From contig JBLWGC010000033.1 of the NCBI GenBank assembly GCA_048772705.1, positions 124,001 to 188,000 of the forward strand: a DNA stretch of 64,000 nt. Reading direction: 5' to 3'. This stretch comes from Leidyana gryllorum EB-2025a (lineage: Eukaryota > Protista > Apicomplexa). Shown here in pieces: positions 46,062 to 55,766 of the stretch (its first letter is position 1; each line of letters opens with the position of its first letter). The notes beneath the pieces were generated by a model, which saw only the letters and a list, made by a program, of their open reading frames with translations, made no database searches and was not told where the DNA came from. The position numbers and the translations under genes were made by a program.

Positions 46062-48422
46062 TTATGGAGTGATTTGAGCGTGTAGACTTTGGAGTGGACG
46101 GTCGGAGGCCAACGAAATGAAAAAGGTCATGTTGGTTGGATGGACGATAAGATTTAGATTATTATCCCACGAGGCTAATTCACTTATTGGATTGACAGAA
46201 AAGGTAATCCTTTGTGGTTGGTCTGATTGTAGTGTTACCCGTTTATATCCAACGAGCTGGAGGAGTGATGGTGTGATTCTGGCCGTCCGGTTGCCAACAT
46301 AGAGTTGGAGTATTTCAGTGTACTCGATGGCTCTCTCTTTTGACGGGTCGCCCCAGGCATCGTCCGTGATGACGTCAAACTCAATCCTAAAGTCTGTAGG
46401 ATGCGCAAAAGTCATGACCGTTGGTGTCACAGTCGCATTTTCCACTTTGACGGAGTGGTATCCTTCCCCACTTCCGAAGGCATACAGAGGCGTTGGAAGT
46501 CTGTCGATATAGATACTGTGAAACGCTCTGTCTCCATCCCACATTGTGGTGATCTCTTTCCCTTCCGCCGGTCTCGAAACTCCGGGATGATTGTAGTAGA
46601 GGGGTTCCTGACCGACATGACGGGGGAAGCTCATGGGTACTCTACCGCCTGGCTCCGCGTGGCCCATCAGGACGCTTGCAGCCGCCTTTGAGGCACCGTG
46701 ACCGAGAGGCAACCATTGCCAAAGGATGGCGTCCATGTGATAGTGCTCCCATTCTATCGCGAGCGGTCTCTCCCCATATGTGAACAATATCGCTGCAGGA
46801 CGCTCTCGTTGATCCTTCTTTTCAATGGCGGCTGCCACAGCCCGCAGCAGTACCCGATGGTTATGGGGCAGAGTAAGCTGAAGGTTCCGTCGTCCCTTCC
46901 GATATGTCTCACTGTCCCCGACCACAGTAAGAATCTTCGTGAAATTCCCGTGGGTGATCAATTGTGCAGCCTCGGCAGCCAGTGCCACGGTCTTGGAGCT
47001 GTCGACACTGTATCCCGCAGCATAGCTTACGTCCAAACCGGTCTGCCGCAGAGCCTCCGACAGACTGGTCAGGGATTCAGGGCTTCTGCACTGCGTAGGC
47101 GCGTTTGTCGCTACCGCTGTCAAATGGCTTTCGGCTATCTCTCCGAGCAGCAGTACTCTGTCATCTTGTGAGAAGGGCAAAGCTCTCTCGGCATTCTTCA
47201 AGAGCAACAGCGACCGAACGGCCGCTGTCTCGGCCAACTCCAAACTCTCGGGAGAACACATCGACTCCATCGAACGACTCTCGGTGTATTTGGCCCTCAG
47301 CATCTGCTCCTTCGCTATCATCACTCTCTGAGAGCTGACTGTGATGTAGTCCTCCACCGTGTGCGCGCTCTCGGGTGCCGAGTGTTTTCGAAGCGCCTGC
47401 AGCGTGCTGTCATAGATACTGTCTGCCATGTCGACCCCGGCCCGTAGGAGCGCTGCTGTGTACTTCTCAACGTCCTCAAAGTGGCCCGTGTGAATGGCGT
47501 GCGGTCTGTCCTGGTTCAATGCCATGACAATGCCCTTGTAGCCAAACAGCCCGCGCAATGTATCAGTCACATATTCTGGACTCGTCAAAAAGGGTCGACC
47601 GTTCAGTGTATTGTCCTTCGCCAAAATGCACAGAGGCCGCTCGCTTCTCAGCACTCTGGCCAGCGAAGCAAAGTACCCACCAAACAGAACACCTGTCCCA
47701 GAATCGTGTCCCTCGGTCAATGCCCCAGTTACCGAGGTACAAGTCGCCCCGAACTGGTTCAAACATAGTCCAACTCGATCATCAGCTTCCATAATAGCTT
47801 CTGCCATCGTTCCAATGAGATGCTGATCCTCTCCCCCACTCTCAGGAGCGGAAACGAGGCGAGCGTCCAGACTCAATTGCACATTCGGGAAGAAGTGGTA
47901 ATTGAACCCGGCCGCCAAGAGGTCATTGTGCTTCGCTCGGGTGATTGACTGCACTAACGGCCGATCAAACGTTGACACTAACCCTAGGGGAGGGGGGAAA
48001 TGTGTGCCTATTTGAACCTTGGGACCAGGAGCCAACATCAACTTTGGGCTATGTTGCTTCATGCGTGCTGCCATTGCTGCGTATAATGGGGCCATCAGAG
48101 TCTCATTATAGGCCAACCGTTCATCTTCTATTATTACGTTGCTGATCAGCTCCTCTCTGAGGTCCCGTTGGAACCTTTGCGACACACTTGCCCCGCTGTG
48201 TATCCGACGAGTCACGAGTTGACCTATACGTTGTTTCAAAGTCAATGATTCATACTGAGCCCGGACTGCCGTTGGGACATCGCTGCTGTCAAACGGCAGA
48301 TGGGCAACTGGATCATAAGATGGAATGAGGTCGGGAGAGCGAAGTGATTGGCCTTTGACAGTAACAGTCAGGTGCCACGCCAAGAGGGCCGTTGTGAGGC
48401 ACCGTTTGCTGAGTCTGAACAT
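46062..48422 (-). CDS. GH3 (BglX-like) glycosidase homologue, predicted secreted, catalytic motifs lost
   Basis: LTLKQRIGQL, FPPPLGLVSTFDR, ESGGED, SLLLLKN, PGGRVPMSFPRHVGQEPLYYNH, PLYAFGSGEGY and a FnIII-like end; signal-like N-terminus MFRLSKRCLTTALLAWHLTVTVKG; KH and SDW motifs absent. Confidence 0.88.
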   Translation of the reverse strand: MFRLSKRCLTTALLAWHLTVTVKGQSLRSPDLIPSYDPVAHLPFDSSDVPTAVRAQYESLTLKQRIGQLVTRRIHSGASVSQRFQRDLREELISNVIIEDERLAYNETLMAPLYAAMAARMKQHSPKLMLAPGPKVQIGTHFPPPLGLVSTFDRPLVQSITRAKHNDLLAAGFNYHFFPNVQLSLDARLVSAPESGGEDQHLIGTMAEAIMEADDRVGLCLNQFGATCTSVTGALTEGHDSGTGVLFGGYFASLARVLRSERPLCILAKDNTLNGRPFLTSPEYVTDTLRGLFGYKGIVMALNQDRPHAIHTGHFEDVEKYTAALLRAGVDMADSIYDSTLQALRKHSAPESAHTVEDYITVSSQRVMIAKEQMLRAKYTESRSMESMCSPESLELAETAAVRSLLLLKNAERALPFSQDDRVLLLGEIAESHLTAVATNAPTQCRSPESLTSLSEALRQTGLDVSYAAGYSVDSSKTVALAAEAAQLITHGNFTKILTVVGDSETYRKGRRNLQLTLPHNHRVLLRAVAAAIEKKDQRERPAAILFTYGERPLAIEWEHYHMDAILWQWLPLGHGASKAAASVLMGHAEPGGRVPMSFPRHVGQEPLYYNHPGVSRPAEGKEITTMWDGDRAFHSIYIDRLPTPLYAFGSGEGYHSVKVENATVTPTVMTFAHPTDFRIEFDVITDDAWGDPSKERAIEYTEILQLYVGNRTARITPSLLQLVGYKRVTLQSDQPQRITFSVNPISELASWDNNLNLIVHPTNMTFFISLASDRPLQSLHAQITP

Positions 48423-48488
48423 TGCCGCCCCTGTTTGCATATTTGAATCCCAGAGTTCTGGAACGTGTGCAGACACGCGCGTCAGGGA

Positions 48489-50837
48489 ATGTCGTTGATT
48501 CCCTCGTTATTCGGTTTCTCCAGTCATGTTCCCGACTTTGCTTCTTGGGCATCACTACCAATCGATCTACGGCGAACAATATCGAATTTGAATGACGACC
48601 AAATGATAGGGCAAACATCTCAACTTTCAGCCGAGATGTTTGCTTGGAGTCATTTGAATCCGCAGGAGCTTGAGTTGTTAGTGGCGAACGGAAGTATCGG
48701 CAGTATGCTTCATGTGTACAAATATGACGATGTGGATAAGTACCAGCGTATGGCTTTGAATGGGTCCAATACTATCCCGGTCTTGTTCGGATTCGACACT
48801 GTACGAGGTTACGCTACGGCGTTCCCGCAGAACATCGGTCTGGCCGCTGCGTTTGACCGGGATCTGATATACGATGTTTCGCACGCAATGGCCGAGGAGA
48901 CCCTCAAGTCGAACATTCGATGGCTATTTGCTCCGAACTCTGACATTGGTCGAGATGCCCGATGGGGTCGTATGGCTGAGACGAGTGGAGAAGATCCTTA
49001 TTTGACGTCTGAATTGGTCAAAGCGTATGTGACTGGGATTCAATCGACGGGGGCTGCGGCGTGTGTCAAACATTTGGCAGCGTATGGCGGAGCGGAAGCC
49101 GGTCGGGACTACAACCCCACCTATATGAGCGAGCAGCTGTTCTTTACCGACCACACCAAGGCATACAGAGCGGGTTTGGTGGAGGGGGGAGCCTGGACGG
49201 CTATGACGTCTTACAATGCGTTTAATGGAGTCCCGGCGACGATCAATGGTCAGATACTCAATAAACTGGTCCGAGGTGTTTGGGATTGGCACGGTATGGT
49301 GGTGAGTGATTGGGCAGCTGTACACGACTTGATTCATCACGGGGTGGCGATTGACGATGTGGATGCGGTATATCTGAGCGAGTTTGTGGGTGTGGACATG
49401 TCGATGGGCGATGCGGATTACTGGCGATGGCTGAAGGATCAATTGTATCGAACATTGCCCAACGGTGATTTAGTTCGTCAAAATGTCGAGAAATCTGTGC
49501 AACGGATAATCGATCTGAAGACCAAACTCGGTCTGTTTGAGAATCCCTTCATTGATCGACCTGACGTTGAGAAGGATTTCTGTAGCGAGCCCAAGTTAAA
49601 ATTGGCCCTGGATGCTGCCCTCAAGTCCATGGTGCTACTGCAGAATAATGGGGACAACACGCTACCGCTTAAGCGGGAGGCCAACTTGTTGATACTCGGA
49701 GCCCTGGCGGCGAACGTGGAAGACTCTATTGGATCCTGGCCCGACGCCGACGTCTGTCGTGGCAAAGTGAAGACTATCAAAGACGCTTTTGAGGACACTG
49801 ACTATTTGCCTGGCTACACTTCCCCCTGGCGTGAAGACGAACACGGAGACAGCGAGCTGCGGCAGGAAGTTGTCACTAAAATCAAAGGGGCCGAGAAACC
49901 GTATGACGCCATCGTTGTGGTTGTGGGTGAAGCGGAAGCCCAGAATGGAGAGACCACCAGTCGCACCGATCTCAACCTGAACCCACCTCAGGCCAAGTTG
50001 ATCCGAGAAGTATTTTTGGCTATCCATAGCGGAGGAGAGTCGGAGTCGGCAGCGATACCCAAAATAATACTCGTAGTCATCAGTGGCAGACCTCTAACAT
50101 TGAGTTGGGAGGCTGAGAATCTCGATGCCATATTGATGGCCTGGGCAGCTGGTCATGCGATTGGTCCGGCTGTCAAGGCCCTGTTGTTTGGAGACGTGTC
50201 TCCGAGCGGGAGAATGCCCGTGACGACTCCCCGAGACGTCTCGCAATGCCCTCTCCACTATGCCACCGCCATTGAGGATGACGGGTCAGCTCCTGCATGT
50301 TTCGATTACAACGAGGTGTACTGGGGCATCAAGATGCCAGGCGAAGAAGACTGCTATCTTGGCAAAGCGGGAGCGCCCCTGTGGCCCTTCGGACACGGCT
50401 TGAGTTATCAGGCGTTCCGTTACAGCGATCTCCAAGTGTCGCCCAGGATTGTCGATGGCGGGACTCTGTTGGACGATGAGGACAACAGTGTGGACACTGG
50501 CAAGGTGACGGTGGAGGTAACAGTCAGCCGGGGTGGGACGACCGAGGGTCCGACGTTCGACGGCCCAGTGGACCATATCGTTCAAGTGTACGCAGAGGGG
50601 CCCGTGTCCCCGGAGAGTACTTCGTATGCGAGGCGTAAACGGCTCATTGATTTCAAGAGAGTGCACTTTGACCAGGGCGAGGTGGAAAAGACAGTCTCGT
50701 TCGAAATTGACGTGTTAGAATCGTTGGGTAGTTATGACCACCGGTTAGAATGGGTGTTACTGAAGGGAAGCCATAAGATTATCATTGGAAAGGACAGCGA
50801 AGACGAATCACAAGTAGAATCAATAAAGATTCTGTAG
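48489..50837 (+). CDS. GH3 beta-glucosidase (BglX-like)
   Basis: FGFDTVRG, FPQNIGLAAAFD, RDARWGRMAETSGEDP, ACVKHLAAYG, MTSYN, GMVVSDW (nucleophile), NGETTSRTDL, PLWPFGHGLSY; intronless. Confidence 0.95.
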   Translation: MSLIPSLFGFSSHVPDFASWASLPIDLRRTISNLNDDQMIGQTSQLSAEMFAWSHLNPQELELLVANGSIGSMLHVYKYDDVDKYQRMALNGSNTIPVLFGFDTVRGYATAFPQNIGLAAAFDRDLIYDVSHAMAEETLKSNIRWLFAPNSDIGRDARWGRMAETSGEDPYLTSELVKAYVTGIQSTGAAACVKHLAAYGGAEAGRDYNPTYMSEQLFFTDHTKAYRAGLVEGGAWTAMTSYNAFNGVPATINGQILNKLVRGVWDWHGMVVSDWAAVHDLIHHGVAIDDVDAVYLSEFVGVDMSMGDADYWRWLKDQLYRTLPNGDLVRQNVEKSVQRIIDLKTKLGLFENPFIDRPDVEKDFCSEPKLKLALDAALKSMVLLQNNGDNTLPLKREANLLILGALAANVEDSIGSWPDADVCRGKVKTIKDAFEDTDYLPGYTSPWREDEHGDSELRQEVVTKIKGAEKPYDAIVVVVGEAEAQNGETTSRTDLNLNPPQAKLIREVFLAIHSGGESESAAIPKIILVVISGRPLTLSWEAENLDAILMAWAAGHAIGPAVKALLFGDVSPSGRMPVTTPRDVSQCPLHYATAIEDDGSAPACFDYNEVYWGIKMPGEEDCYLGKAGAPLWPFGHGLSYQAFRYSDLQVSPRIVDGGTLLDDEDNSVDTGKVTVEVTVSRGGTTEGPTFDGPVDHIVQVYAEGPVSPESTSYARRKRLIDFKRVHFDQGEVEKTVSFEIDVLESLGSYDHRLEWVLLKGSHKIIIGKDSEDESQVESIKIL

Positions 50838-51005
50838 AGACCCATGTTAGTTAGGTGTGTGTGTTGCGTCCATTGAGCTCACATTTTTGCTTCTGTGAGG
50901 ACAGCTCGTGAAGGTGAGCCTTAAAGACTGCGATCTAACAATCTTTGCAGTTGTTTTTCCCTCGTTTTGGGTCGGTTTGAGCGAATTGAGTGTGGCGAAA
51001 CCGTC

Positions 51006-52924
51006 ATGCTGGCTACCGAACAATTGTCTTTTGATGAATTCGAGACGTTCCTCAGAACAGGCCCCGCATGCGTAAGTACAATAAATGACTCCACACTTGA
51101 TTGAGCCGTCCAGAAGTTACAACCTTTCGACTCACTCGACGAGACTTGTCTCCTCAAGCTGGCCAAAAGTGCCAGTGCTATGGTCAAGGCAGTGGAATTG
51201 AACAAGGGTGTCAGCTTGACGGACTTGGCCAACATCTGTCGCGAGATTGAACTCGATCTAAAATGTCCCCCTCAGCGTAAGTTCTGTTCCCACTTTGGGA
51301 CATCGAGCGGGCTTTACCCACTCCGTCCGGCTCGCTAAACCTCTCTCACACGCTCCTACGCTCTGCAGCTGGCGACGACCGGAACTTTGATCATGTGCGA
51401 ATGTGGCATATCGGAAGCCCACAAGACGTAGGAATCACCTCCCTCCCTTTCATCTACACCGTAAGTATCTAAGACTGCGTGCGTGTGTGTGTTCGGGAGT
51501 GTGAGTATTGTTTTTACACTGCTCACTCTCTCTTTCTCTCTCTTTTCCGCTTTCTCTCCCTTTCCCAGTCTCACTGACTTTGTGCAGACTTTGTCTCTCT
51601 TTGTCCGCGCTGATCTGCCGGACGTTGCGGACAAAACCCTCATAGCCCAAGGGTATCCGAGAGATCTGATCGAAAGAGCCCGCCGGTATCAGTCATATGC
51701 CAAGTTTCCTGGCGGTTATACGCACCCGCAAGGGTGTTTAGGATTCCGTCAAGAAATTGCCAAATGGTTCGAAGCTCGTGATGGTTTTGAATGCGACCCC
51801 GACACCATCTTTATGACTAATGGCGCGTCAGAAGCATTCCCAACGCTCATTCAACATCTCATCCAGTCCGGAGACGACGCCATCATGCTTCCATGCCCGA
51901 CTTTTTTCCTTTGGGAGCAGGCTGTGCGAAGTTTCGGAGGACACATACAATTCTACGAACTCAGTGAACAGGGTGGCTTTGGACTGGATGTGGAACAGTT
52001 GATTAAGTCTTATGCTCAGGCCCGGTCAAAAGGTCTAACTGTGCGAGCACTGATGTTAATCAATCCCGGAAATCCAGTACCTATGCTGTTGACCCAAGAG
52101 GCAATCGCCCGCATCGTCCGTTTCTGCGAAGAAAGAGACATAGTGCTGATCGCTGATGAAGTGTACCAAATGACTGCCTACAGAACGCCATTCGTATCGT
52201 GCCGACAGGTGAGTGGGCGGGCATGAGCGTCCCTCTGGATAATGTGTTTGTGTGTGTGTTGGCAGGTGGCGCGCTCGATGGGAGCCAGAGTGGTCGTTGC
52301 CAGTTTACACTCGGCATCTAAGGGAGTGTACGGAGAGGGGGGCCATCGCGCGGGCTTACTACAGCTCGAAAAAGCAGATGAAGCAATGCTTCAGCATCTA
52401 CGTGATATTCGGAATTTGGCAATCAATCCCAACAACTGTGGCCAAGTCGTAATGACTCTCAGTCTGACTCCTCCCCAACGAGGGGACGACGCCTACGAAG
52501 AGTTCGCCAAAGTTAGGTGAGAACGGTGACGGTGGCGGACAATATGACTTGGTGCAGTGAACAGAGATTGAAAGACTTTAGACACAAAGCGCAAATGGCG
52601 TACGAATTCTTTAACAGCCTGGAAGGCGTAGAATGTCAGGAAGTGCAAGGAGGAATGTACGTGTTCCCATTGATTCGCCTTCCGGAGAGATTTATCAACG
52701 AAGCCGAACAGAGAGGACAACATGCCGATAAGGAGTATGTCGAACAATTATTGAGGAAGACGGGTATATGCGTCATTCCCGGATCCTCTCTCGGAAAGAC
52801 CGTGAACCAGCGGGATGGAACATATCACGTCCGGGTCTGTATTCTCGCGACACCGGAAAATATGACCGAAGGATTTAGACTATGGAGAGAGTGTCACCAA
52901 GATATTTATGCGAAATACAAATGA
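51006..52924 (+). CDS. Alanine aminotransferase-like class I PLP aminotransferase, multi-exon
   Basis: Spliced N-terminus ...FDHVRMWHIGSPQ; IFMTNGAS, LINPGNP, IADEVYQ, SLHSASKGVYGEGGHRAG (PLP lysine), QGGMYVFP, TGICVIPGS. Confidence 0.88.
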
Positions 52925-53114
52925 AGGCTGCCGAAACGGTCAATACGATCCTATTTTTCGTCGTCATGACTGTCATCCCCGGCATCTCCTTATTCCATTC
53001 GAAGAAAATATATTATTGCGAAGATCCATTATTGATCTCATCAGAGTCCTATTCTGCCTCAAATTGCCTCCAACATGTGTTAGTATATATTTTATGGCCC
53101 AATACAACGGAAGT

Positions 53115-53148
53115 CCAAGTTACGCTGACACCCAAGTTACGCTGACAC
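53115..53148. repeat. 17-bp tandem duplication CCAAGTTACGCTGACAC x2
   Basis: Directly visible. Confidence 0.85.
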
Positions 53149-54775
53149 CCACAAATGATAGTTGAGACACACACTCTGCAAAGCAAATGCAATGTAACGG
53201 GCTATGCCCACTAACGCCCGTCGCTCTGTCGACTCCCGCACATACTGACTGAGCGTCAACGTGTGTATACATTCATTCGCCAAGCGACCTAACAACCCAC
53301 TCTGATGATATTACCGGCTTGCGCGCCAGCCCAATCGAGTGAGTGAAAAAGCTTTGCACGCCTATTTGAAAAATCGGAATGAGAGGTCGGGTCAATATAA
53401 ACTGAGTGACCAATTTTTACTCTCAAACCCGCAACAAGGCTACAACGCCACTCGCAGGGGCACTGCAACCAGTGCGTGTGTGTGTATATGTGTATGACGT
53501 GTCAAAATTTGCACTATCAGCAAGAGAAACACAACGTTGTTGCGCGGGCGGGCTGCAGACGGACGGACAGACAGACAAACACAATCTCACTACACGACAT
53601 CCAAATTATCTTTTCGGTGACCACCCAAAACAAATCTACCTGTGTACCAATGAGTGATCTAAGTGACAGCGAGACACTCATGGTGCTTAAAGGACTGAGC
53701 GATAGTGGTCGCAACTACGATCTGAACCATCAGGAGCCATAGATCGGATAAGCTGCAAATTTCCGAGACATCACTCAGTCTGACCTGGGACATCCACAGG
53801 GCCACACATTCCGACCAGAATGGTAGATCGTCAAAAAAAAGTGCGCATGCCACCTCAGCAACCCCTAATCCTCTTGGATCTCAGAAGCCGCCAAGGAATA
53901 CAAAATGTCCTCCACAACCATTAGTCGGAGAGAGTGTTGAAGGGAATTTTTATACTACGAGATCATAGACATATGATCTCAACTGCAGCAGACCACAGAG
54001 TCTCTTAAAAGAATGGCGTTGTCAAATGTCCATAACAGGGATACCTCTGTCTCGCTCCCTCACGCACACACACGCTCCCGCCCCCAAGGTCGAACCCCAT
54101 GTAGTTTGGGCTCTTAAAGGTCGCAGCTTGGTGGTGTTGGTAGCGGGAGTGTTAGTCAAACTGTATGCCTTCTTGATTGCTAGCTAAAGGGTCAGTAATC
54201 ACCAACCAAATGACACCGAAACATCCGTCAAGACAATGTGCAACTCGGTGCGGAACACGCCATGTGTGGCGTGTAGATTGCGTGTGCGTCTAGATTGAAG
54301 ACAGAGAGGAGTCAACGACTATAATTGGATTTTCTTGTTGGTATGGAAGACTGACCAAGACCCCGCCGCCGTCACCCAAGCACCATGCTTTAGGCGAGAA
54401 ACCAATCGATCCTTGTCCTCGCGGTGGTAGCAGACTCGGTACCTCCAGTTCAAGCCATGCTGAACTTATCTGCCAAGCAAAGCACTTGTCACCAGCGGGA
54501 CGTTCATATCGGTACCATTTATGCCCACCAAAATGGACACAACATGCAAAGCGGCATAACAAACATCAGGAACCACCCAAGATAGTCGCAGACGAACCAG
54601 CACACACACAATCATAGCACGGAGACACCGGATAAACACCACAGATTCTTGAACGAATCACGCACAAAAGCCCACCCCATATCGCAAAGCGGACTTACAG
54701 GATCCATTCCAAGTTCCTATGATGACGACACTCGCAACCGAAGTGAGCCAGGTAATACGCTGTGGAGGGAACGTT

Positions 54776-55579
54776 TCAGTATGTGGGGTGAAGATGTGGT
54801 GCTTGCCATACCTCTCTGGCGCCAGGCATCGGCAGGTATCGATATTCCGACCGCGCGGCTGGTTGTTTCGTATTTGGCTCAGCGACATGAGTGGTAGCGC
54901 CGCACAGCAAAACACAAGAAGGCTTCGAGGACTGGAAGGTCAGTTCCTCGCTGACGATGTTGGCATCGACCAGCATGAGAGATAGTATGGCGGCCATGGT
55001 GCTAGCCGCTTGTCGTGCCCCAGAAGAGTAGACTATAACGACATGTTCCGGATTGATCTTTGTGAGGGTTTGTACAGCCGGTTCCAACACCAAGGGGAAA
55101 CAATGGTCTTCCAAGGAGGATAAGGTGCATCTTTCATACAGGGCCGACTCCCCGTTGAGAACGAGAGTGTGGAGGCCATCAGACTTGATGAGCGCACCGA
55201 AGAGTCCTGCAGCTGTTCGATAGATTTCTTCGACTTCGACGATTGGACTGGTTAGTACTGTGCCGTTGCCTTCCTCCCAGAGAGGTGTATACCATCTTTG
55301 ATGGACTTGGCCGGTCTGCTGGAGGCGTTGAATTGCTGTATAGGACACTGCGCGTCGTTGTTCCGACGACAGGGGTCCCTTTGATGGAACGTCCAGGGGC
55401 AATTTGAAGTCGAAGCTGTGATCGTCGCTCATGGTTTGTCCCATGAAACAGGTTTGCGCTGCTGCGGGGCAGCAGGCGGTCAGATCATAACATTCTGCAT
55501 TGGTACAGGAACAGAAGGCGTCAGAAGCACTAGCAGTGCTTGTTAGAATTAGCAGCGGAAGAGCGCGAGTAACAATCAT
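54776..55579 (-). CDS. Putative secreted protein with Cys-rich N-terminus
   Basis: MIVTRALPLLILTSTASA signal-like peptide followed by CSCTNAECYDLTACCP; 3' end may be spliced. Confidence 0.6.
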   Translation of the reverse strand: MIVTRALPLLILTSTASASDAFCSCTNAECYDLTACCPAAAQTCFMGQTMSDDHSFDFKLPLDVPSKGPLSSEQRRAVSYTAIQRLQQTGQVHQRWYTPLWEEGNGTVLTSPIVEVEEIYRTAAGLFGALIKSDGLHTLVLNGESALYERCTLSSLEDHCFPLVLEPAVQTLTKINPEHVVIVYSSGARQAASTMAAILSLMLVDANIVSEELTFQSSKPSCVLLCGATTHVAEPNTKQPAARSEYRYLPMPGAREVWQAPHLHPTY

Positions 55580-55766
55580 ATTCGTACAAAGAGAAAGTGG
55601 ACTCGCCAAGGCCTTTTTTGATCTAGACACCAGATCCAAGCTTGCGTGTATCGCTTTGTTTTATGCAACAGTACTTTTACTTTGAGGGCTTCTCACTATA
55701 CCCTCCTGTGTCGTCTGTTCTTGTCTCGCGGGGAGATGGATTCTAGTTGAACAAAAAGATCATCAA

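Noticed and set aside
53103-53150. Tc1/pogo-like TIR starting TACAACGG
   Set aside because: No reverse-complement partner found nearby.
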